A stretch of DNA of 63,814 nt from Phoronis australis (lineage: Eukaryota; Animalia; Phoronida), in assembly GCA_002633005.1 (NCBI GenBank), contig NMRA01000159.1:701520-765333 (forward strand). The letters are read 5' to 3'. This document shows positions 63,625 to 63,814 of the stretch, in pieces. A program made the position numbers and the translations under genes. The notes under the pieces were generated by a model. That model saw nothing but the letters and a program-made list of their open reading frames with translations, did not search any database and had not been told where the DNA came from. Each line of letters begins with the position of its first letter. Within the stretch, counting starts at the first letter, position 1.

Positions 63625-63814
63625 CAAGTTTGCCGCAACATTCCTGCAAACTTCAGTGTTTGCAGCAAGGTTGCGGCAACGTGTGCGGCTGAGTTGCGGG
63701 TAGCGGCAAACTCCTGCAAACTTTGCGGCTGGTTTGCTGCAAACAAAATTGTTTGCCGCAAGCTTGCGGCATGTTTGCTGCAAGCTTGCGGCAAACATGG
63801 TCTTTTGGTATGGG
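63625..63814. mobile_element. Right end of a non-autonomous DNA transposon (EnSpm/CMC-like, GGG terminus)
   Basis: Dense inverted and direct TTGCCGCAA/TTGCGGCAA motifs ending TTTTTGGTATGGG. The minisatellite shares the GCAA core. Confidence 0.5.

Overview
AT-rich, intron-rich animal genomic DNA with two N-gaps; its repeat types suggest a marine invertebrate, probably a lophotrochozoan. It is not prokaryotic, and most ORF-track entries are noise. The only convincing host gene is a locally duplicated, uncharacterised type II membrane protein with a glycosyltransferase-like DxD motif. Copy A contributes its last exon (8396-9173); copy B has an N-terminal exon (32684-32935) spliced across a 13.7 kb intron to its last exon (46622-47399). 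Comparing the two copies exposes empty versus filled sites for several insertions: a LINE fragment with a 12-bp TSD, an ~8 kb element in a (TA)n tract, a 5.45 kb AcademH-like element with a 9-bp TSD, and a THAP/P-like element. Other mobile DNA includes three copies of a ~5 kb TTAA-targeting element with a Sola3-like remnant, a six-exon KDZ transposase gene facing a decayed C2H2 gene, a tRNA-containing TRIM (Helenus-like) carrying a reverse-transcribed mature tRNA-Lys half, Helentron-type non-autonomous elements, Tx1 and CR1/L2 fragments, MITEs and a 41-bp minisatellite. Family assignments rest on motif recognition from memory; no database search was run.
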